From assembly GCA_002633005.1 (NCBI GenBank), contig NMRA01000185.1, positions 279,921-343,920 of the forward strand: 64,000 bases of DNA, given 5' to 3'. The stretch comes from Phoronis australis. Taxonomy: Eukaryota > Animalia > Phoronida. The notes under the pieces were generated by a model. That model ran no database searches. It saw only the letters and a list, made by a program, of their open reading frames with translations, and was not told the origin of the DNA. Positions 11,249 through 21,422 of the stretch are shown piece by piece (the stretch's first letter is position 1; each line of letters opens with the position of its first letter). The translations under genes were made by a program, and so were the position numbers.

Positions 11249-13471
11249 TTGAATAATTTATGTAAATGAAAGTACAGCACATACTTGAGCTAAGTCCTTA
11301 CACCTCTTACATACAGTTAAGAATAGGCCTATGCCAGTATAACTACTATCGATACACAAGGGTGGCAGTTCTTTATGTCCTTGGAAGACTTGGCTGAAGC
11401 CACCGCATTCCATAAAATACATTTTCAACAATTTAAAATTGCTTCGTAACTGGTATTCCCACAGTTTTGAGAGCAATGGCAGGTCATGCATTACAGCAAC
11501 GAAAGGCGCCACAGGTTTGTGCAAGATGTTTTTTGTCTCAGATGTGTTAGTCAGTACATACACTCCGGGCTTGGCTATTCAAAACCATGCAGGGGGTAAC
11601 AAAAATTATTTTCTCAACATGGACACAAACCCCTTTTCAGCTGTTTTTCATACACAGTCCAACTGGGACAGTTGTATGACTAACAGCGGGGTTCGCAAAG
11701 AACTACTTTAACTGTGTCAATTTCAAAAGGCCTACTTTGTGTGAACGATGCCCAAAACTCTAATAACCACTAGGCGGAAAAGTTACCCCCTACAAGCCTA
11801 AAACGCACAAAGCAGCTCGGTAGAGTACCCACAAGAATACATGAAACTTTCAAACCTATTTTCACATTTTTGTAAGTGTAGATAAAAATACTGTTAAAAT
11901 ATCGTAAAAATAAAAAGTAGTGACTAATATCAATAATTCACTGTAAGTGTACAGCTCTAATTAAAGCTACATTTCACCTATTTATTTGTCAATGTTGAAT
12001 TCTAAACCGAAGCGCTTTGGCCAAAAACATCGCACTCATCCAACCTCGAATTGTTGCCAAATGAGCTGGCAACTAAACAACATACGCCATTTTAGATTTC
12101 ACAATTTTACGGTTGGCCAACATTAATGAACTGAAGCATTTTCTTGAATATTTGATAGCTGAGATGATCTTGTTTGTAACTGAAATAAAATCCTTCCTAG
12201 ATAAGGAATATTACGAGTTTTATTAGAGTGAAAGGTCTAATTTGATTTTAGTTTTTTAGCCAGCTAAACGATGAAACACAGCTTTAAGTAAATCTAACCT
12301 GTGGCCTTAATTTGAGCTGCATTAGAGCAAAACCTGCAATTGCCCGTTACTTGGCAAAAGATTAAATTAATCTGTTCAGCACACCAGACTAATACCGAAC
12401 CACAAACCCCCAATATAAAATCATTAGCATTGACAACACACTCAAAACACCATAAATATTCCATACATTTCAAAATTTGCTCTGGGCACAAAAATGACAA
12501 GAGCACAGCACCCCGAATGAGTCATCAAATGAAGGTATTTTTTGATTTGACAACAGCCTGTCTTTTAACCCTCCACATTGTATTAACCTCGCATGAGGAT
12601 TGGCACTAGCCGTGTCCCGACTGCCACTTAAACCAGCACAAGTTACACATGGGGCATCCAATGCCCGATCAGCTGACTGTCCACATTACAATACCACAGC
12701 TCCTGTCAAGGGAGTAGAAGCAAATTCAGTTAACTTTTAAAAGTTACTGGCTAGGCCGCACATCCACTGGCCCCGGTCAGCAAGTTTTGTCATACACGGG
12801 TCAAGATGCACTAGTTTAACCTTTGACCACGCGGTCAATTTCACCTGATCATCTTGTTACCGGGGCAACTTGTACTAGTTTCACTGCTTGTGTCAATAAC
12901 AGAATTTTTAAATGGCCCCAACATATCCAACTTTTTTGGGCAAGCTAAGCACAAGGCAAGGCTAACCCTGATTGTTGAATAACTGGCAATTCATGGTTCC
13001 TCAGATTTATGGCAAGTAGAGAATTAATCCTTTTGAAAAAACATACTGTCTTGTAAATATCTAAATAGAGCTTTTCGAGAGGAAGCCCCGATTTCACAAC
13101 AAATGTAACTTGGTAAGATGCATGCAAATGACAAAATGTATAGGGTCAACTAAGCACAGCAGAGGTAATCAGATTTTAAACCACATTTCTACACTTTAAA
13201 AGCTTGAAACTGTAAAGGATTATCTCCAGCAATTTCCCGGGTTTTGGAAATAGGGGAGTGTCTCGAAACATGGGTATCTTGAACTGACATGTGCATGGTT
13301 TTGCAAAAACCAACTGCGGCGCATGGAACTTAGCCATAGTTATTATCAGAACAAATAGGTTGGACTGGCAAAGCAAAACTTTGATACGAAGTTGCGAGTG
13401 ACACATTCCTGTGAAATAAACATCTGAATCACCATTACCTCCTGTGATATGAAGTTGATCAAACACATTTA

Positions 13472-13772
13472 CACTACACTGCACTGCACTGCACTTCTCA
13501 GCTTTGCACTGCACAGCACTGCACAGCACAGCACTGCACTGCACAGCACAGCACAGCACTGCACAGCACAGCACTGCACAGCACAGCACTGCACAGCACT
13601 GCACTGCACAGCACTGCACTGCACTGCACAGCACAGCACTGCACTGCACAGCACAGCACTGCACTGCACAGCACAGCACTGCACAGCACAGCACTGCACT
13701 GCACAGCACTGCACTGCACAGCACTGCACAGCACTGCACTGCACTGCACTGCACAGCGCTGCACTGCACTAC
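13472..13772. repeat. Pentanucleotide microsatellite (CACTG/CACAG)n in the 3' UTR of the GalT/HIT-like gene
   Basis: About 300 nt of mixed pentamers starting about 12 nt after the stop codon. Confidence 0.95.
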
Positions 13773-13783
13773 ATGTGCATCCA

Positions 13784-13861
13784 TCATGATTGTCCTCTCT
13801 TTTCAATGGATTTCTTTATGAATGAGATTACTACAAATGGATCCCTGTTCACTTGAGATGC
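13784..13861 (-). CDS. GalT/HIT-like gene last coding exon (ASQVNRDPF...RGQS*)
   Basis: ttgcag acceptor, 25 codons + TGA. Confidence 0.82.
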   Translation of the reverse strand, partial: ASQVNRDPFVVISFIKKSIEKRGQS

Positions 13862-16800
13862 CTGCAAATAAAAAACACATTGATTACAAAAGCACACAGG
13901 CACAGATCCAAGTGAACATGGGGTCACACTCGTTACAGAAAACCTGGTAAGTGAACAGAGTTTCCATGTAAGGGAAAGTTATGGAAAATGAAGAAAAGAT
14001 GAAACACATGCAAAACTTCATGATGTCTCTAACAAACACATAATTTTGTCCGTCACATCACAAATCTTGTGCTCAGCTGCGTGTGGCAAGAATAGTTAGT
14101 AAAAATAACTATTTGTTTTCATTTGGAAAAAACGAATCAAGGAAAATGATTGGAAAACTGGTGAAAAGATAGTGTCACACTTAATCCAAAACAAATGATT
14201 CTCCAAATTTTGAGAACATGCTCAACCACATGATTTTTAGACGACAATTTCTGGTTAACGTGCATTGTGCACAATAAAATGCAGTATAATACTCAGAACA
14301 AAATATACTGTACAATAGGTGAACACTTCCTCCTCAGTAGTAAAACTTTTTTTTTACCAATGACACATGAAGCTTTTTGCTGATTTAGACATAATCAGCA
14401 AATGTCAAAGTAGTTTAAATTCATTTCTTTTAAGCAAATGAGAAGAACAACAGTTGTCTAGATCTCGGTTTAGACCTTCTCAGTACTTACAACAAATAAT
14501 TCCAGAGAAGAAATATGAGGAGTGTTTTCAACCTTGTGCAAACGCAATATCAGCCAAGATATCATCACATATTACATGAGAATCACGTGATCACACTACC
14601 ATCCTTTGTGAGATTCATGCGTCTACGGAACTCACACCAACTCTCACTTCCATTATTTACAACAAATAACTCCAGAAAAGAAATTTCAGCTATCACTAGA
14701 ATAATTGCACTAGACAATTTAAGAGAAGAGATATCAGCCCTCACTTGAATAATTAAAAAAATAATTCCAGAGAAGAGATATCAGCTATCACTTGAATACT
14801 TACCACAAATAATTCCAGAGATGAGATATCAGCTCTCACTTCCGCCACAGCACCTCGCGTGATGAAGCGAGCGTATGCTGGAATCTTGCCAACTTTACGA
14901 CCATCACCCTGAAATTGCAAGGCATCAGATATCAGGGCAGCTTTGCATAACATTTTCTCATGTAGACAGACAAACGCCGTTAAACACCCCAACATTTTAG
15001 TCAATTTGAAATATGTACAGACATTGCACATCCCACTGAAAGCATCATTCTAGTGCTTTTTTCAGGCAATCTGCTTTTGAAAGAGAATAGAATACTATCA
15101 CATAATAAAAAAATTGTTATACGCCATCTTTACACCATTAACAATTGAATTGAAAAAACTGATCACACTAAAATGAAATAAAAAATACAAAGCAAGCTAT
15201 TGCTGTCAAAAGACAAAACTAGCCTTGTCTGTTGACTAGTTCCATGTACTAAAAAGGCTTAAATTCATGTCTTGTGGCAATTAGATTTGAACCAGAGGAG
15301 TAGACAGGCAACACTGATGTATGTTTAACTATTCCTGGCCACAAGTAACATGTCTTGGTGACAACATGACACTGACCACTTCACGAAAGACCATCTCACT
15401 GTTGTATGCTTAACTATTCCTGGTCACAAGTAACATGTCTTGGTGACAACATGACACTGACCATTTCAGGAAGGACTATTCCACTACTGTAACAGAGTAT
15501 CTCCATGTCGTCAAGAAATGCTCGCGTCACAAAGTATATCATTCTGAAGAAGTCTTCGGTGGGTTCAGTCGCCAAAACTACAACTTCATTGTCTTTCTTT
15601 GGAGTCTGTAAATAATAAAGGAATTTATTACCAGTAGTTAGTGTAATTATAAACTATCAACCATTAGCTGGTGGTACTGTTAGGACTGCTGTCGCTTAAG
15701 GTGGAAGATCAGGGTTCCACTTTTTTGAATTCTGCATGGCTTTCTAAGAGTTTGCCTGAGGCTGCATTTTTGTAGAATACGACACAATTAAGCCAAAAAG
15801 ACTCATTGGTACTGTATTTTGATAAGACGTAAAGCTTAAATTAAAATAAAGGCCATCAATTTCATTTCTTGGTTATAACTTGGTATTCTCAACTAATAAT
15901 AAATGTACCACCAGATTTGCTTCATTTTCTAAACGCACGTTTCAAGACATCTTTTAACAGACCTCAAAACATTGAAATGAACCCCAAAAATTTTGCACGG
16001 TGGGCCTCTGGACTCCAAAGCATGAAAGTGTTGGGCAAACACTGCCTCTTAATATCCAAATGCATCCAACATCACACATCATCAACTTACTATAGTGGCA
16101 TAGGCTGCAGCAGATCCATAGTGCACAGCCAGTCCCAGGGCATTGTGTATCTCTAATTGGTCAGTAAAGTAGTTCACTCCTCCACCAATCAGATCGTAGT
16201 ACTCCTGACCAGCCCGCCTCCAGTTCTCAACAATTCCTACAAATACGCATGAAAACGATAAGAATTAATCTACATGTGTGTGTGTGACTACAGCAAAATC
16301 TTAAATCATCGGGACTTTTCTAAAGGACATTTACTTGGGTACGGGGACTGTCTGTTGTCAAATGTGCCAATAGTTCATAAAGATGTATTCAACTACTGCT
16401 TAATTGGAAGACTTTTGGTGGTCTGGGCTCACCAGCAAAAGTGAAAATCTCATAACTAAGTTGGATCTTGGATAAATTCGGACAAAGTTCCGTGGAACCG
16501 TTGCTCTTATTCATGCATTCTGCCTTTTCAGAGAAGATGCACTTCACTTTATTGCAATAAAATCTCTCCTCACAGTGCTAAAGAAGTTAGGAGACTGTAG
16601 TTACTACTAATACGGAATGAAAACACCAAGCTATTCACCAGCATAGGTGCATTTGTGGGACTAAGCTTCCTTATGACTAATACCCGTTTCTGCATGTGCA
16701 GTCGATTAGCAACCTCCAGGTCACCCAATGCGACCTCATATTTTGTTTGGCATCCTGGCAAAAATCCCAGGTCGCCATGAAGTCGCCAAGCTACATCCAA

Positions 16801-19800
16801 GAACGCGATGAAAATACTACAAGGAAGTAACAAGACTGAGGTCAGAATCATTTGGCAAAAGTCGGAATGGCCCACTTCAAGAGGTGACCCTGCACCTCGG
16901 GATACAGGGCCCTGAGAGTAAAAAAGATAATCTCAGGTTTAATGGTGGGCGTTCGCTGAGATCGCCCATTTTCCACTTCAGCTATTGCATACATTTCACT
17001 TTTACAGCTCTTGCCAATGAGGTTTGTACACCTCAGTTCCCGTTGGTAACCTGGGAATTTTGCCAGGTTCCATTTGGCATGTTAAATCAATGCTAAGTGT
17101 TAAACCTTGATATGTCATCAATTTGCCACATCATTACCGCACAATAGAATAAGACCCCTTTTCACCATGAGACTCTTTCTCACCATCACAAGACCCTTTC
17201 CCACGATAATAAGACCCCTTGCAACCACAATAAGACCTTTCTTACCATAATATCTACTGGTATCTAGCGACCCATGAAGGTGAGGATGTATCTGGCTAGC
17301 CCCAGCCTTGAGGTTAAGGTCCCAGATAATGTGTGGGAACCTGTACTTGGCGTCTATACTGTGCACCTTGGTAAACCTGCAACATGAGTAGTGGGCAATG
17401 TAATAAAGTATTACTCTAATTCAAACTTATGCTATACCTTAATGAATATATAAAAATAATTGCAGGACGTGTGTACCAGGCCACTTAAGTGGGCCCATTG
17501 CTTTTATCACCTGGAAACATTTTTACGCTTTATTAATATGTAGTTAAAACTGAGCTGAGGAGCTAGAGATCTGACTCACTTATCGACACAACACTCAAAT
17601 AATGAAAACATCATGATGCAAACCACAGAAAATCTGCCACGCCCCTTACCACTGCTTAGCAATGTCAAACACACCAAGGACATCTGGCAGTTTCCAATCG
17701 AGAGGGTGGTGTGTACGTGTTATGAACAGCGAGTGGTAGGCGTCGTACTTGAACGTGTTGGCTGCAGAGAATGCATACTTGTTCTCCACTCTACCAAATG
17801 TGTCTTCAGCTGTGAACCTGAAACACAGCACTCGACTCAACTGCAGGCTGTGCCACGGCACTATTACCTGTGAGATAGTTGGTAGCAAATTGTGCAATTG
17901 ACGCATATAATAAATCTCAAGACAAAAAGAATTGATTGAAAAAATTGAAACAATGACGTGAGTACAAGGTAGGCAAGATGACTGGTTGATTATATAAGGC
18001 TATGCACTCAATACAAATGTTAAACGAATGACAGCAAAGATGAGACCAGTCTTCATAAGTAGAAAAAAATAAAAAAGATTGAAGTGAAAACCATCCCTTT
18101 CATTTTTTGATTATCTTTGGGTATTTTGTATTGATTGAAGTTCCAAGAGATTCGACTCCTTCCAATATATATCGGCTTCGTGTTTTAACGGACCCAAAGA
18201 AATTGAACAAGACTCAAAGAGTTTTAGAGAGCCCACTGGAACCCCGTGTTGGAAGGGTTTACCAAACATTGAATATTATGTTAATTAAGATCTGAATATG
18301 AAACAATAATCATTGCTGAAATTTGAAACTACAATCATTCCTGAAACCAAATTCTAAATGAAACAATAATGTTATTTTGCTTACTGTTTGTATTTACAAA
18401 AATCACAACTTTTGGCCATTTCTTCTTGTTGTTTCTGAATGCTGAAAACAAAATGAAAACATCATGAGCATGGAAAATGCTGAAATTGGTTTGATCAAGA
18501 GTGTTCGAAAACAACTTGTCTAAATTGATGCAGTCATTAAATATTTTTAGAAAGAAGGATATGACCAATGATATGATATGCAGACCAAAATTATTTTAAA
18601 TGGAGAAACTTAAAAAGGATGCTTTCTTATATAAAATAATTTGCACTAAAAAAGATAACAACTTTTGACATATACTGAATATGTCAATCACAATATGGTA
18701 TGGAAAATACGCTGTATAAATAAGTCCTTTGGTCACGTGATGTGGCCAGCAGATGGAGTGCTGACTACACTTAAATGTCTGCAACTTCTGATATCTCTTA
18801 GACTTGAAAAAAGCCTTCAGCAAAACGCAGTACAACTCACTACTGTCTCTCTGGCTCCTCTGGCTTTTTTAACGGTCTTTTCGCACGTATTGGATTGAAG
18901 ATTGTGTGCTGATCAGTCAATTCATTGTACACCATAGTTATCGTCTGGAAAACAAAAGTAAGTTTTAACTGCATTGAATGAATGGACTGAAGCTCACAGC
19001 AGTTAGTGAGTAAAAGGTACAAATCACGTGATTTATAAAAACAAATTATAAAATACTGTTAAATGGTCAAGCTAGTATTGACATCATACCAAATTTCAAG
19101 TGCAAGTTTTAACATCTAGCAGTTCAAAAACGACACATGCTGTTTTACTATGACGGTTCAATTGTTTTTCACTTCATATGCTGTCCAAGGTCTTCTTCAA
19201 ATTATTTCAAACCATGAAGTATTCAGTCACAATATTCACTGCACGCATCTCCTTCAATAACGCATCATAATTTGATTGATAGTCCCAAATGAAAATGGGA
19301 AGACTTTAACATGAAAATGTTACTAACACACCGGTGAATCTATCTAGGAATGTAGAGACGTTTTCCTATTTGATTTAAAAATAGTAAGCTCATCTCCACT
19401 GTTACAAGCTGCACTCACTGCAATAATCATTTCACAAATCCCAGCTCGCTTGATAAAGTTTTTGTTTTCCAAAATACTTTACCTGGTGGGAGACCTCTTT
19501 AAACAGTTCCTCATTTCCACCTAACCACTTTTTAACTTTTGGTTCAAACGGTTTGGGCACAACAACTCCGCCAGACCGTTGGCGTACAGTATATATTGCA
19601 CTGAACTTGCGGAACAAGGCACTGGAAAACATGACAATCGCATTCACTTTCAAGACCAATAAATTGCAAATAGGAGCAATAAATTCAAATATAAAATCCA
19701 ATGTTGTCTACAAAAGCTTAGTCAAAAGATATAGGTATCAAAAGTCAGATGAACTAATTTAAGCCAAGAGAAATATCACAACCATGATGCAGTCGTGTTA

Positions 19801-21422
19801 TTATCTCCCCTGTTAGAGGTATAAATGAGTCATTACTGACAGAAATGTATGAATCACAAAAGACTTTAAGACAAAACGCATATGGTACAATTCAGTTAAA
19901 TAAAATTCTAACAAGTTTATTGTTATACTTGGCCAATTTTTCCTCCTCGTAGTCTGATAGCATTTTACAAACCACTGCTGACAAAAAGCACACAGCTCAG
20001 AAATCTGGTTTCTATTACTTTTGTACAGACTACAATTATGTTTTTATCTTTTTTATTCACCCTCTTCCACCATTTGAATTGTCTCCATAATGCAGTCCTT
20101 TTACTAAGAGTGAAACATGGAAATCAACACCAATGTTCACGTGATGATTTTCTAATGTTTACACCACAATTAAAGTCCAGATGGTAGAATGCAATCTGAA
20201 GTTCAATATACTAACAAACAGACTTTCACGATAAATGCATGCACACCGAGTTCACAACCACTGATAATAAGCCATTTCTAACCTGTAGATGAAACAATGG
20301 ACATAGTCTAATAACGTACAAGTAAAACTAATCCATTTAGACAAAATCCTTTGATAAAGTGTTATAATACATTTGTCATCATACTTTCCAGCGTTTATAG
20401 GTAAAGAATGGATAACGCTTGAACATGTTGCCTAGTACATATCGACAGTCTTCATCACTGAACATATTGCCTAGTACATACCAACACTCTTCATTACTGA
20501 ACATGTTGCCTAGTACAAACCCAGTCTTCATCACTGGACATGTTGCCTACTACATACCGCCAGTCTTCATCACTGAACATATTGCCTAGTACATACCGAC
20601 AGCCTTCATCACTGGACATATAGCCTAGTACATACCGACAGTCTTCATCACTGGACATTCTCCAGGCTTCAACTAGTTCGTACAGGACTGATATATCAAA
20701 CTCTGTGTATTTGTTTCCAAAGCAGTTTCTCTTATACCAACTCTACAAAATTCGTAAAATGTTAAAAATGTACCTATAGTGGTGTTGTTTTGAAAAAGCT
20801 TTGGACAAAGTCTGAGCATAAGGTCAAGTCTCAAGGTCAATAGACAATGGCTGAAACCAAAGACACTGTTAATCGAACCACCCAGTCACCCATTTATATC
20901 AAACTCGTAGATACAAATTCATGTGAAAAAGAAACCTAATGTTCAACCCGAGACAACGAACAGAACTAATCTGCTTGTGTATTACTAGACCAACAATTAT
21001 AGGGCAGCAGACAAACTAATATCTTGTGGGCTTGGCACAGTCTCACTACATAACCTATCTTGTTCTCTTTTTGCAAGTAAGCCCAAGCTGAACTGTTACA
21101 AGTAGGGACCACTGAAGGTGATTGAACACCTACGTTAGTATGTGAAATGATGTGACTGAATGCTTGTAACCTCCACTTCACAAGCAAGGAGCTCTTTGCC
21201 ACAAGAACATAGTGATTGACTATCATTACTTACGTGGGGCTTAGCAAAGTGACTGTTAAACTGTGGCCACACCTTGTACCTAGCATCAGCAGATAACCGT
21301 TTAAGCGGTGGTAAGACACACTGGTGACACTCCATTTGATGATACCAGACCACTGTACCACAGACAAGCACTCCTAGCACCAGCAGAAACACATGTTGCC
21401 GCTTCACGTCGACCACTCTCAT
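13784..21422 (-). CDS. Uncharacterised type II membrane protein with GalT/HIT-like nucleotidyltransferase/hydrolase domain (455 aa, 11 coding exons)
   Basis: Exons 21422-21234, 20742-20636, 19621-19483, 18944-18841, 18441-18385, 17817-17650, 17376-17246, 16236-16091, 15605-15462, 14908-14804 and 13861-13784 are all GT-AG and phase-consistent (1368 nt). N-terminal hydrophobic anchor VFLLVLGVLVCGTVVWY; motifs RAKRP, CDFC, AANTFKY, GASQIHPHLH. Confidence 0.88.
14480..14845. repeat. Degenerate ~48-bp tandem repeat of exon end + donor
   Basis: Minus-strand unit GTGAGAGCTGATATCTCATCTCTGGAATTATTTGTG|GTAAGT occurs about 4 times, plus a detached copy at about 14485-14520. Confidence 0.85.
14804..14908 (-). 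CDS. GalT/HIT-like gene coding exon 10 (...RADISSLELFV)
   Basis: tttcag acceptor, gtaagt donor, 105 nt. Confidence 0.87.
15310..15492. repeat. 85-bp tandem duplication spanning a splice donor
   Basis: TTAACTATTCCTGG(C/T)CACAAGTAACATGTCTTGGTGACAACATGACACTGACCA is present twice. Confidence 0.9.
15462..15605 (-). CDS. GalT/HIT-like gene coding exon 9 (TPKKDNEV...LPEM)
   Basis: ttacag acceptor, gtcagt donor, 144 nt. Confidence 0.85.
16091..16236 (-). CDS. GalT/HIT-like gene coding exon 8
   Basis: ttgtag acceptor, gtaagt donor; IVENWRRAG...HNALGLAV. Confidence 0.87.
17145..17252. repeat. ~21-bp degenerate minisatellite spanning a splice donor
   Basis: About 5 copies of an ATAAGACCC(C/T)TT..CACC-like unit. 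Confidence 0.75.
17246..17376 (-). CDS. GalT/HIT-like gene coding exon 7 (GASQIHPHLH)
   Basis: ttgcag acceptor, gtaaga donor, phase 2/1. Confidence 0.9.
17650..17817 (-). CDS. GalT/HIT-like gene coding exon 6 (TAEDTFGR...AANTFKYD)
   Basis: tttcag acceptor, gtaagg donor, phase 2/2. Confidence 0.88.
18385..18441 (-). CDS. GalT/HIT-like gene coding exon 5 (SCDFCKY)
   Basis: tttcag acceptor, gtaagc donor, 57 nt, phase 2/2. Confidence 0.85.
18841..18944 (-). CDS. GalT/HIT-like gene coding exon 4 (FNPIRAKRP)
   Basis: ttccag acceptor, gtgagt donor, phase 0/2. Confidence 0.87.
19483..19621 (-). CDS. GalT/HIT-like gene coding exon 3
   Basis: ttccag acceptor, gtaaag donor, phase 2/0. Confidence 0.87.
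20420..20660. repeat. 39-bp minisatellite (~6 copies) spanning a splice donor
   Basis: Unit ACATGTTGCCTAGTACATACCGACAGTCTTCATCACTGG. Confidence 0.92.
20636..20742 (-). CDS. GalT/HIT-like gene coding exon 2 (SWYKRNCF...DEDCR)
   Basis: ttgtag acceptor, gtatgt donor, phase 0/2. Confidence 0.82.
21234..21422 (-). CDS. GalT/HIT-like gene coding exon 1 (TM anchor)
   Basis: ATG at 21422; MRVVDVKRQHVFLLVLGVLVCGTVVWY...KPH; gtaagt donor. Confidence 0.8.

Noticed and set aside
13176-13856. Cys/His-rich ORFs (CSAVQ / HCTAQ repeats) in five frames
   Set aside because: They are translations of the pentanucleotide microsatellite, not a metallothionein-like gene.
20420-20660. CRISPR-like regular array
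   Set aside because: No unique spacers, no cas genes, eukaryotic intron context; it is a minisatellite.
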